Shown: piece after piece, positions 16,462-24,461 of the stretch | Numbering within the stretch: position 1 is the stretch's first letter | Layout: each line of letters opens with the position of its first letter | From: Microbacterium phage Clock | DNA: 32,000 nucleotides | Sequence record: PQ559672.1 | Reading direction: 5' to 3' (one strand) | Translations under genes and position numbers: made by a program | The notes under the pieces: model-generated | Told to the model about the DNA's origin: nothing | The model's input: only the letters and a program-made list of their open reading frames with translations | Database searches by the model: none

Positions 16462-17157
16462 CTAGCGGGTCCAGCCGAGAAGCTGGTTCAGCCGCCCGAT
16501 GCTGGGCTGCTTGAGATAGGGGGGAGTGCCGTGGTAGGTGTCGCTGCGGGCACCGGCCACAATGCTAGCACTAGGTCCGAGCCAGAGCCGGCGAACGGGC
16601 TTGTCGTTCACGTTGGCGATGTACAGACGACCGATCGCGTCGCTCATCTGCAGGAGGGCGCTGGCTGCGCCCGCGGACAGATCCACGGTGATCATCGCCG
16701 TCTGGTCTTCGTCCTCGTCCTCAGGGGTCCACTCCTGCTTCCCGTCGGCACCAAGGCCCTGACCCGGCAGAATGAACCGCTCCTGGGCCAGCACGATGAC
16801 ATCCTTGCCGCTGTCGCGCAGGGTGCGGATGAGTGTGGCCAAGGCGTTGTTCGCTACCCCGAAGTCCTGCTTCCTGATCTGGGCACCAGGGCCACCAGCC
16901 GACTCCTGCTGGAACAGGGTGTGCAGGCTGGTCGCGGTGTCCACGACGAACCGCTGATGCTTCGCGAGGAACGTGCTGTTCACGGTCTTGTTGATGCTGC
17001 GGCTGGTCAGGTCTTCCAGGATGGTCATGCCACGTGTGTTGATACCCAGCAGGCCACGGTCAGCGCTGAACACTGCCGTCTTCCCTGCTGGTGCATCCTT
17101 GAGGGCCAGCGTGGTCTTCCCCACCTTGGGGCGACCGTAGATGGTGATGACGCTCAT
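16462..17157 (-). CDS. Sak4-like / RecA-fold P-loop ATPase, putative single-strand annealing recombinase (231 aa)
   Basis: MSVITIYGRPKVGKTTLALKDAPAGKTAVFSADRGLLGI...RFVVDTATSLHTLF. ATG at 17157; the track ORF start at 17286 is upstream of it. Located between an SSB-like and a Cas4/RecB-like gene. Confidence 0.75.
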   Translation of the reverse strand: MSVITIYGRPKVGKTTLALKDAPAGKTAVFSADRGLLGINTRGMTILEDLTSRSINKTVNSTFLAKHQRFVVDTATSLHTLFQQESAGGPGAQIRKQDFGVANNALATLIRTLRDSGKDVIVLAQERFILPGQGLGADGKQEWTPEDEDEDQTAMITVDLSAGAASALLQMSDAIGRLYIANVNDKPVRRLWLGPSASIVAGARSDTYHGTPPYLKQPSIGRLNQLLGWTR

Positions 17158-18329
17158 TCGCTCTCTTCCTTCTTCTGGTTCGGGTAGTAGTCCAGCGGGT
17201 CGCGCGTCGTCACGTACTGCGTGCGCTGCTCGATCTCCGATGTGCCGTGGATTAGGTCCGCCACGGTGAGGTCCTTGTAGTTGCACATGTACCCCGAGCA
17301 GGCGTTCAGGTTGCGCTCCACCTTGTCGGCGTCATCCCACTTGTAGGTCAGCAGCCTGCGGGCGCTGGCGTAGAACGCCTTCAGCTGCCGCCTGCGCTGC
17401 TCAGGGCTGAACGTCAGCCGGTCACGCCGGAACTCGGTGCTGTAGTCCCGGTGCTTCAGCTCAGTGAGGAACTCCTCCACGTAGGCGCGCTCCTCCTTGT
17501 CCTCGATGGCGAGCAGGTCCTTGCCACGGATGACACTGAGCATGTTATTGTCAATGAGCCATTGACGGTAGACCGGATACGTGGTGCCGCTGGGCTTCAG
17601 GACGCGCGACTGCTTCCCCTTCTGGGTCAGCGTCGGGGTCTTGATGGCACCCGTGCGGCAGTAGTCGTAGATGAAGCCCTTGGGCTGCGGCAGGGGCTTG
17701 CCCTTGTAGCGCAGGGCCGCGTAGGACTTGTCCGTTTCCACTGCCCAGAGGTAGGAGTAGTGCTGGAAGGCGAGCTCCCGATAGCGCCAGTCCGGAAGTG
17801 TGGCATGGGTCTTGTGGTCGCCCAGCCACACATCACCGTTCTCATCGATCCAGATGATGTCAATGCGTCCCCGGTACAGCACCTTCCCGCGGAACATGGT
17901 GCGCTCAACCGTGAGCTCAACCGCGATGGGGGTGAGGACCTCGTGGAGCTTCTGGTCGTAGACCCAGTCGTAGCTCAGGACGATGTCATAGCACTCCTTC
18001 GCCAGGGGTGCCGCCTCCTCCTCGAACATGTCCTTCTCGGCTTCGGCGATGAGCTCCTGGTGCTTCGCCTTCCAGTCCTCGCCGCGTCCTCGAGCCTCCA
18101 GCAGTGCGTGGACCCACGTGCCACGGGTAAGGGGCTTCTTGGCCAGCTTGGGGCGGAGGCCCAGGATGATGCCGTAGTAGGTTTCGCGCGGGCAGCTGAC
18201 GAACCCCGAGACCATGCTCTGGGTGATGATCAGCTTGCCGTCGTCCGTGGTGGGCCAGGTGCCGCGAGGGCCGTGCCAGGCTTTCGAGCCGGCTCGCTTG
18301 CCCGTGGCCGGAAGCGCCTTGGCGGGCAT
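17154..18329 (-). CDS. Cas4/RecB-like PD-(D/E)XK exonuclease (391 aa)
   Basis: ITQSMVSGFVSCPRETYYGIILGLRPKLAKKPLTRGTWVHALLEARG...YRGRIDIIWIDENGDVWLGDHKTH...AFQHYSYLWAVE...NACSGYMCNYKDL: GRIDiI..D...GDHKT nuclease core and terminal cysteines. Confidence 0.85.
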   Translation of the reverse strand: MPAKALPATGKRAGSKAWHGPRGTWPTTDDGKLIITQSMVSGFVSCPRETYYGIILGLRPKLAKKPLTRGTWVHALLEARGRGEDWKAKHQELIAEAEKDMFEEEAAPLAKECYDIVLSYDWVYDQKLHEVLTPIAVELTVERTMFRGKVLYRGRIDIIWIDENGDVWLGDHKTHATLPDWRYRELAFQHYSYLWAVETDKSYAALRYKGKPLPQPKGFIYDYCRTGAIKTPTLTQKGKQSRVLKPSGTTYPVYRQWLIDNNMLSVIRGKDLLAIEDKEERAYVEEFLTELKHRDYSTEFRRDRLTFSPEQRRRQLKAFYASARRLLTYKWDDADKVERNLNACSGYMCNYKDLTVADLIHGTSEIEQRTQYVTTRDPLDYYPNQKKEESE

Positions 18330-18529
18330 CAGCGGGCCACCAGTTCCAGGAGCGCATCGTGGCTGATGGCCAGAGGCTTCTGGCAGAGCGTCCACTGGCA
18401 CTTCATGATGACGACCCGGCCTGCGAGCGAGTTGTGCACGCGGTAGAAGTGCTTCCGTGTGAAGTGCCCACACTGCGCCTTAGAATTCCGCAAGCGGTTC
18501 ACCTCCCCAGCAGCGGCTGATGGTGACAT
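18329..18529 (-). CDS. Small putative zinc-binding protein (66 aa)
   Basis: MSPSAAAGEVNRLRNSKAQCGHFTRKHFYRVHNSLAGRVVIMKCQWTLCQKPLAISHDALLELVAR. Its TGA overlaps the ATG of the nuclease. The start overlaps the 3' end of the polymerase gene and is uncertain. Confidence 0.5.
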   Translation of the reverse strand: MSPSAAAGEVNRLRNSKAQCGHFTRKHFYRVHNSLAGRVVIMKCQWTLCQKPLAISHDALLELVAR

Positions 18530-20372
18530 CTGCCTTGAGGAAGAACTTTCGGTCGAGTGTGTCATCTGCCTTCTCCAATGTCTCCTTGACGATTCGGCCG
18601 ACCTTGCGTGCTGTCCGGTAAGGGGCTGTCAGACAGACTGAGTCATGAACCGTTGTGATTAGCTTAGCACCCAGGCGGGGCAAGCGGTAGTCCCTGGCCA
18701 GCCGCCCAAGGCTGATCAACATGAAGTCACTTCCCAGTGACTGCGTGGGACTGTTGATCGCCTGGCGGAAGGCGTTCTCCTGGATCCAGAAGTCCTCGTG
18801 GTAGACGCGGGGCAGGTGCCTGAAGCGCCCGAACTCGTTGTGAACCCCGCCGTACTCAATCGCCTCGCGGCGCTGCTTCCGGTAGTAGGCGGGCAGGTCG
18901 CTGAAGTTGGTGAAGTACTCGTCACGGAAGACTTCGGCTTCCTTCTTGGTGATGGTTACGCCGTAGTTCTCGAACAGGTAGTCCCCGAAGTGCTTCGCCT
19001 GCATTCCGTACACGAACCCGAAGTTGGCACCCTTGGCGAGCGAGCGGTGTTCCTTGGTGATCTCCTGACCACGCACCAGCCGTTTCGCCATGTACATGTG
19101 GATGTCTTCGTCAGCCTCAAAGAGCTGAAGCATGGTGCGCTCCTGCGCAAGCTGCGCAATGATCCGGAGCTCTAGCTGGCTGAAGTCAACCTCAATCCAG
19201 GCCAGGCCGCGCTCCCCGAAGAGGTTACGTGTGGCCTTGTCTCGGGGGATCTGCTGCGAGTTGAGCCCTGGCCGTGCGTACGGATCCAGGAGATCCTTCT
19301 TGCTCTTGACCTGGCTGGGGCTGGCGCTGCTGAGCCGACCGGTGACCGTGCCAGTGAGCTTGAAGCTGGTGGGGATGCGCCCGTTGCGCGTGCGCTCCAC
19401 GATGGGGTTGAGGAACCCTGTCAGTTGCTTGTAGAGGCCGCTGCGCTTGATCAGGAGCTTGGCTGCGGGATGGTCGATCTTCTGCAGGACCTCTTCCGCC
19501 AGGCTGGGGGCACCCTCAGGGAAGGTCTTGGTCGGCTTGCCGCGCTTGGGGCACATGGCACCCTGATACTCGTAGAGCCACCACTTGGTCCAGTTGGTGG
19601 CACCCCACTTCGGCTTCGTCTTCTGCAGCCAGTCGGGCCACTCCTCCTTGGGCGGGATAGACGCGTCGAGCTCCTGCTCGATGGCCGCAATCTGCGCCTC
19701 CACTACCTGCTGCCGCTTGTGCACCACGGGCAGTCTGACGGGCAGCTCGTTGCGCTCCATCTCCTGAAGGGGCTTGATGGCCGGGATCATGATGTTGCGC
19801 ATCACGTACACCGGGTCCTCGCCCGGCTTCAGGTTGCGCTTGACGTGCTTCATCTGCCAGCGCAGGAGATCACGGGTGTAGGCCACATCCTTCCCGTTGT
19901 AGATGCTGACGCGCTTGCGGCTGCGGGCGAGCTGCTTCTTGTCCTTGATGTCCTCGAACCGACCGAACTCGTCGGCGTATCCTGCCACGTTGTCGTCAGC
20001 CCAGTCTTCATATCCCAGCAGGCGGACCACGGTGTCCTTGAGGCCGCTGGGGTGGTTCTCATCCAGCAGGTGGGCCATCATCTGGGTGTCCCACCAGACC
20101 TTGGTCTTGCACCCGTAGCTCTCCAGCCAGCGGACCTCGAACGGCGCGTTGTGCGGCACCATCTTGGGGATGCTGATGAACTTCAGCTGGTCCAGGCTGC
20201 GGGGCCACCACACCATGACGTCATCGCGATCCAGCGGGGCGAAGCCCACACACAGGATGCGGCCCATGCCCACGAACAGAGACGTCGTCTCAATGTCCGT
20301 GATGACCGGGGCCTTGGTGCTGGCCAAGTATGCCTTGACCTCCGAGAGACTCTCGGTAATGGTGAGATCCAT
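18480..20372 (-). CDS. Family A DNA polymerase with 3'-5' exonuclease domain (630 aa)
   Basis: ExoI ITDIETTSLF, ExoIII-like YNGKDVAYT, motif A IEVDFSQLELRIIAQL, motif B RSLAKGANFGFVYGM, motif C LITTVHDSV. SD AAGGAG. Confidence 0.95.
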   Translation of the reverse strand: MDLTITESLSEVKAYLASTKAPVITDIETTSLFVGMGRILCVGFAPLDRDDVMVWWPRSLDQLKFISIPKMVPHNAPFEVRWLESYGCKTKVWWDTQMMAHLLDENHPSGLKDTVVRLLGYEDWADDNVAGYADEFGRFEDIKDKKQLARSRKRVSIYNGKDVAYTRDLLRWQMKHVKRNLKPGEDPVYVMRNIMIPAIKPLQEMERNELPVRLPVVHKRQQVVEAQIAAIEQELDASIPPKEEWPDWLQKTKPKWGATNWTKWWLYEYQGAMCPKRGKPTKTFPEGAPSLAEEVLQKIDHPAAKLLIKRSGLYKQLTGFLNPIVERTRNGRIPTSFKLTGTVTGRLSSASPSQVKSKKDLLDPYARPGLNSQQIPRDKATRNLFGERGLAWIEVDFSQLELRIIAQLAQERTMLQLFEADEDIHMYMAKRLVRGQEITKEHRSLAKGANFGFVYGMQAKHFGDYLFENYGVTITKKEAEVFRDEYFTNFSDLPAYYRKQRREAIEYGGVHNEFGRFRHLPRVYHEDFWIQENAFRQAINSPTQSLGSDFMLISLGRLARDYRLPRLGAKLITTVHDSVCLTAPYRTARKVGRIVKETLEKADDTLDRKFFLKADVTISRCWGGEPLAEF

Positions 20373-20415
20373 ATGGACTCCTTGTCGCCGTGGGGGCTGC
20401 TGGTGTTCAGTTTAG

Positions 20416-20485
20416 TGGTGGACCGACCAGGATTCGAACCTGGAACTCCCGCGCAATGGTGTTCAGCCAATTGAACTACCGGCCC
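20416..20485 (-). tRNA. tRNA-like gene with a shortened (2-bp) anticodon stem; loop reads ATTGCGC, i.e. Ala(TGC)-like if functional
   Basis: Reverse strand GGGCCGG-TA-GTTC-AATTGGCT-GAAC-A-CC-ATTGCGC-GG-GAGTT-CCAGG-TTCGAAT-CCTGG-TCGGTCC-A-CCA. 7-bp acceptor stem, 4-bp D stem, GG in the D loop, 5-bp T stem with TTCGAAT, encoded CCA. Total 70 nt, i.e. 3 bp short in the anticodon stem only. Confidence 0.65.
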
Positions 20486-20492
20486 AAGGGAA

Positions 20493-20533
20493 GACCCCGC
20501 CAGCTCCTCGGGGGGATGGGAGCTGACGGGGCC
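20493..20533 (-). terminator. 15-bp hairpin immediately upstream of the tRNA-like element
   Basis: On the reverse strand GGCCCCGUCAGCUCC / GGAGCUGGCGGGGUC pairs continuously over 15 bp (two G-U) with an 11-nt loop. The G-U pairs form only on the leftward transcript. Follows the stop at 20541. Confidence 0.55.
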
Positions 20534-20540
20534 GTGTGAC

Positions 20541-20951
20541 TCAGCGAGTCGGGCGCTTGCGCGCGGCCGGAGCCGCCTTCGCCGGAGCCGCCTTGCGGGC
20601 GGGGGCCTTGGCAGCGGGCTTCGCTGCGGCCTTGGCCTTGGGCTCGGGCTTCGGGGCCGCGACGGAGGCCTCCAGGCCGAAGCCTGCGGGCAGGTCGCCG
20701 GCACGGGCCACGACCTCGGCGATGAGCTCGTCGAGCGTGCCCTCCTCCTCCGCGAGCTGGATGGCGATGAAGCCGAACGCGCGCTGGACCTTGTAGCGCT
20801 GGCTGGACTCGGTGACGCCGAGCTGCGAGGCGGCGTCGTCGATGGCGTCGTTGGCGATCTGCTTGAAGGTCGGGGCCTTGACGGCCTCTTCCTCGACCTC
20901 GGTCTCCTCGACCTCGACGGCGGGCTTCGTGGACTTGCGTGCGGTGGCCAT
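20541..20951 (-). CDS. Small protein with histone-like basic KAAP-rich tail (136 aa)
   Basis: MATARKSTKPAVEVEETEVEEEAVKAPTFKQIANDAIDDAASQLGVTESSQRYKVQ... followed by PKPEPKAKAAAKPAAKAPARKAAPAKAAPAARKRPTR. SD CAAGGAG. Confidence 0.8.
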   Translation of the reverse strand: MATARKSTKPAVEVEETEVEEEAVKAPTFKQIANDAIDDAASQLGVTESSQRYKVQRAFGFIAIQLAEEEGTLDELIAEVVARAGDLPAGFGLEASVAAPKPEPKAKAAAKPAAKAPARKAAPAKAAPAARKRPTR

Positions 20952-21013
20952 GATGTCTCCTTGACTTGTGGGCCTGATGGTGGATTGTGGGGCTTGCGCC
21001 GCCTTGTGAGATC

Positions 21014-21043
21014 AGTATGGCATGTCTCAGTCCAAGTGTGCAA
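21014..21043 (-). promoter_or_regulatory. Predicted promoter D: TTGCAC-N18-CATACT
   Basis: -35 at 21043-21038, -10 at 21019-21014 on the reverse strand. Preceded by an AGAAAAAACTTT tract as at site C. Confidence 0.6.
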
Positions 21044-21047
21044 CCCT

Positions 21048-22478
21048 CTACCGAAAGTTTTTTCTGCGGATTTTGCGGACTACCGAAGTCAGGTGTTCGT
21101 GGTCCTCCTGCAAGGTGGTCCAGACGTCCTCGTCCACCGAGCGTCGGCCACACAAGAACCAGACGGTGGGCTGCTTCGGCGACAGCTTGATGCGGTCCGA
21201 GGCTTGCTTGAACGTGACGTAGTTGAAGTCACTGGTGTACCAGATCAGGTCGTTGGCGACCGAGATGTCGACGGCCATCGCCACGGTCCGGGGTTGCACC
21301 AGCAGCACGCGCAGGTCCGGGTCACGCTGGAACGCCTCGATGACATTGTTCTTGTTCTGCACCGCGCCCGTGATGATGGTGTGGCCGATGCCCTTGAGAC
21401 GGAGGTAGCGGCGCACCAGCCGGACCTCGTGCAGATGTGTGCAGGCGACGATCACCTTGCCGTCACACTTTCGGAGCACCCTGCCCAACGCTGCCAGCCG
21501 TGCCCGCGCCGCCTGCGGCACCGTGAACGTGTCGCCCTCGTCATCCTTGACCCAACCAGCCACCAGCGTCCGCATCCGTAGCAGCCGGACCAGGGGGTTC
21601 AGCCCGATGACTGCGCGGTCGGTGGGATCCATTTCCGGGTCCGGGACCCACGTGGTGCCGTTGTAGTAGATGACCCCCTGCTTCAGCATCCGCCTGCTGG
21701 CAGCCATCACCTCAGCAGGCACCCGGTAGTCGTACTTCTTGATAGGCACCGGGGCACCAGGGCCGACCATCGTCACTACGTCATTCTGGATGTAGGCATT
21801 CAGCTCGGCCTGTCGGATGGGCCGGATGAGCTCAGGGTAGCCCTTGACGTTGGTCCACTCACCGAAGTACTCACGGAAGTCCTTGGCACTGGGCCAGCGC
21901 TCTCGGATCTCCGGGTTGACGAACGTCCACTGCCCGTAGATCGCGTCGACCTGGTTCGGGTTGGTGACAGGTGTGCCGGTGATGAGCAGCCGGTAGCCGT
22001 TCCAGTCGTGGGCCAGCGGACGGATGTTCCTGCCGGTGACGCTGTTCGGTGTCTTGATCTGGTGGCTCTCATCCAGCAGCATCATGCCCTGTCTGTCAGC
22101 AAGCTGTGCCAGCTCCTTCAGGAAGGGGCGGAGCCGCTGCCAAGGCTGCTTACCGAACTGTTCGTAGTTGACGAACATGAGATGCGTCACACGAAAGACA
22201 CCCCGACCGGTGAGGTCGGGGTAGTCGTTGCCTGCGGTGAGAGGATGGAAGCGGTAGGGGATGTTCAGCCACTTAGCGGCCTCGGCACGCCAGACGCCCT
22301 CGGCGATCTTGGGGCCGACCACCACGGCGATGCGAGGGACCTTGTGCTCAATCAGCTTCAGGCTGACGGCCGTCTTGCCGCTGCGGGGCTCGGCCCACAA
22401 GGCGGCGAAGTTGCGGCCTGGTTCAGTCAGCCGGCTCAGAGCCACCTTCTGCGAATCACGGAGCTCCAGCTTGGTCAT
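21048..22478 (-). CDS. SNF2/DEAD-like helicase (476 aa)
   Basis: Walker A-like LWAEPRSGKTAVSLKL, DESHQIKTP (motif II), LLITGTPVTNPNQVDAIY (motif III), C-terminal QASDRI.. motif VI-like segment. Confidence 0.85.
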   Translation of the reverse strand: MTKLELRDSQKVALSRLTEPGRNFAALWAEPRSGKTAVSLKLIEHKVPRIAVVVGPKIAEGVWRAEAAKWLNIPYRFHPLTAGNDYPDLTGRGVFRVTHLMFVNYEQFGKQPWQRLRPFLKELAQLADRQGMMLLDESHQIKTPNSVTGRNIRPLAHDWNGYRLLITGTPVTNPNQVDAIYGQWTFVNPEIRERWPSAKDFREYFGEWTNVKGYPELIRPIRQAELNAYIQNDVVTMVGPGAPVPIKKYDYRVPAEVMAASRRMLKQGVIYYNGTTWVPDPEMDPTDRAVIGLNPLVRLLRMRTLVAGWVKDDEGDTFTVPQAARARLAALGRVLRKCDGKVIVACTHLHEVRLVRRYLRLKGIGHTIITGAVQNKNNVIEAFQRDPDLRVLLVQPRTVAMAVDISVANDLIWYTSDFNYVTFKQASDRIKLSPKQPTVWFLCGRRSVDEDVWTTLQEDHEHLTSVVRKIRRKNFR

Positions 22479-22729
22479 CAGTCTTCTTTCAGGTAGGCTA
22501 CGACCCGGAACTTGTAGGGGTCCCAGGCATGATGCTCGAGCCGCTGCTGCTCCATCTCCCAGTGGTGCCCAGCGGGCGGGTCGGGGAGCAGCCTCCAGAG
22601 GCGGGCCTCTTCGGCTGCCAGCTTGGCGGCGAGGGCTTCCTCAATGCCGTTGGCTGGTGCGTAGATGACGTCCTCTTCCGTCACCTCGATGGTGTGGCCC
22701 ACCACGCGCGTCGGCTGCTCCCCGTCCAT
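22478..22729 (-). CDS. Small hypothetical protein (83 aa)
   Basis: MDGEQPTRVVGHTIEVTEEDVIYAPANGIEEALAAKLAAEEARLW... ATGA-type overlaps with both neighbours. Confidence 0.7.
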   Translation of the reverse strand: MDGEQPTRVVGHTIEVTEEDVIYAPANGIEEALAAKLAAEEARLWRLLPDPPAGHHWEMEQQRLEHHAWDPYKFRVVAYLKED

Positions 22730-23682
22730 CAGAGGCCCCGGTAGTGCGCCAGCGGGTCAGCGTCCTGGTCGGCCTTGAGCGCCAGCTCGTTGAGCACACG
22801 GGCGAGGTCGGGCTTGAAGTAGTTCGGCCCCTTCTTCACGCGGCCCGGGAAGATTCCGTCGGGGTCGTTCTCGCCGGCGATGATGGCCTTGCCGTCGGCA
22901 CCGAACTTGGACATGTTGCTGGCCTGAACCTCATCGAAGAGCGGTTCGGCGTCGATGCCCATCTCCACCAGCAGCCCGTAGACCACGTAGAGGATGTCAA
23001 TGGCGGCGTCCGCTACTTCCACCACGTCCTGCGGGCCGACCCCGACCTGCACCTTGTCGGGGGTGATCATGGAGGCACCCAGCGCCGGGATCAGCTCGTC
23101 CACGAACTCCTCACGGATGAGCTCGATGCGCACGGCGACACGGTCGTCAGGCAACGCTCGCGGGCTGGTGCCCACGGGCTGCCCCATGCCCTCATGGAAC
23201 GCGCGGACCTGACGCTGCGCCTTGTGGCCTGCGATGAACTCGTCCCGCGCCTCAGCCTCAGCGAGCTGGGCCACACCAGATGCGTAGAGCTGGATGGCCT
23301 CCCACTGCGCCTGAGTGAAGCGGTGCTCCCCGAGCTCCACGTGGTAGCCCTCGGCGAAGGCCGACTCGGGCAAGTGAATTTCCGGCACGACGACCTCGGC
23401 CTTGGCCAGCAGGCGGGCCAGCACGTAGTCCCGATCCTCGGTGCCACCGACGACCTCGTACTGGTCCTCAAACTGCTCCGCCGACATGGGGTAGTGGGAG
23501 CCGTCTTCCATGCGGATGATGTAGTCACCCGGCACTGCGGTCTTCGGCCCCAGCACGATCCACCAGCCGTCAGAGCTGGAGGCCACCTTGTGGCCCTTGG
23601 CCCACTTGGTCAGCTCATCCACCCGATCCAGGTCGAACCGCTGGGCTTCCACCGTGCGGTGCTTCAGCTGATACTCGGTCAT
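22729..23682 (-). CDS. MazG/PRA-PH-like nucleotide pyrophosphohydrolase with N-terminal PGDY-type domain (317 aa)
   Basis: IRMEDGSHYPMSAEQFEDQYEVV N-domain. C-domain RIELIREEFVDELIPAL...DVVEVADAAIDILYVVYGLLVEMGIDAEPLFDEVQASNMSKFGADGK matches the phage MazG-like all-alpha NTP-PPase pattern. Start taken at MTEYQLKH. Confidence 0.8.
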   Translation of the reverse strand: MTEYQLKHRTVEAQRFDLDRVDELTKWAKGHKVASSSDGWWIVLGPKTAVPGDYIIRMEDGSHYPMSAEQFEDQYEVVGGTEDRDYVLARLLAKAEVVVPEIHLPESAFAEGYHVELGEHRFTQAQWEAIQLYASGVAQLAEAEARDEFIAGHKAQRQVRAFHEGMGQPVGTSPRALPDDRVAVRIELIREEFVDELIPALGASMITPDKVQVGVGPQDVVEVADAAIDILYVVYGLLVEMGIDAEPLFDEVQASNMSKFGADGKAIIAGENDPDGIFPGRVKKGPNYFKPDLARVLNELALKADQDADPLAHYRGL

Positions 23683-24461
23683 TTCTTGTTCCTCGCTGCG
23701 CGGATCCCGCGCTGTTCCTTTTCGTACAGTTCGGTCAGTCGGTCGACCTCTTCCCACTTGACCAGTGTGGGGTCGTTGTCATCCTCAACCGAGAAGGGAT
23801 TCAGGATGATCTGGACAGCCTCAGCGAAACCGGTCGCCTCCGCCTCCAGGGCTGCGCGGGCGCTGGCGTTCTTCTCACCGGCTGCGGTGTCCATCAGCTC
23901 GTTGTAGGAGTTGAACAGCTTCCGCACGAGCTGCGCGCCCACGGTGTCCCCAGCCTTGAGGATGGAGTTGAACCGCACCCGCTTGTCTGGGATGTGCTTG
24001 AACGCGCTGGTGGTAAGCCAGCGGGCGATCTCCTCACTGGTCTCCTTGCCGTTGTCGAGCGCGGCCTCGATGGCGTCTGCGATGACATCGACCGTGGTGG
24101 TCTTGCCCATCCGCATAGCCTCGCGGTCGTCAATCACGGCGAACAGGATGCCCCTGCCGCTGAATGCCTTCTGCTCCAAGTGGCAGTCGCAGTCGCAGTG
24201 AGTGCCCTTGCACATGGCGTGAGAGCCGGGGCTCTCGTGCTGGCAGAAGCCTGACTTGGTCATGGGCTTGCCCATGTCGTCCTCCTTCGTCTTCTGGATG
24301 ATGAGGCCCTCGTTCCAGTAGCGGTCAAGCTCCTGGCGGGCCTCCCTACGTGTGGCCAGAGGGTAGGGCTTCTGGCTGCGGGTGATGAGCACCCCGAGCT
24401 GGAACAGGTGGTCCAGGTGCGGGTGTGCGTGGGCAGGCTTAGCCGATCGTCTGGTCGACAT
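23679..24461 (-). CDS. Hypothetical protein with CxxxxxCDCDCH motif (260 aa; alternative internal start at 24275 giving 198 aa)
   Basis: Open from ATG 24461. A strong SD (AAGGAGG) precedes internal MGKPMTKSGFCQHESPGSHAMCKGTHCDCDCH at 24275. Confidence 0.7.
   Translation of the reverse strand: MSTRRSAKPAHAHPHLDHLFQLGVLITRSQKPYPLATRREARQELDRYWNEGLIIQKTKEDDMGKPMTKSGFCQHESPGSHAMCKGTHCDCDCHLEQKAFSGRGILFAVIDDREAMRMGKTTTVDVIADAIEAALDNGKETSEEIARWLTTSAFKHIPDKRVRFNSILKAGDTVGAQLVRKLFNSYNELMDTAAGEKNASARAALEAEATGFAEAVQIILNPFSVEDDNDPTLVKWEEVDRLTELYEKEQRGIRAARNKK

Noticed and set aside
19425-20474. 349-aa forward ORF running into the tRNA-like region
   Set aside because: Antisense to the family A polymerase gene. 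Its C-terminus VDRPGFEPGTPAQWCSAN is the well-known spurious translation of a tRNA T-arm region.
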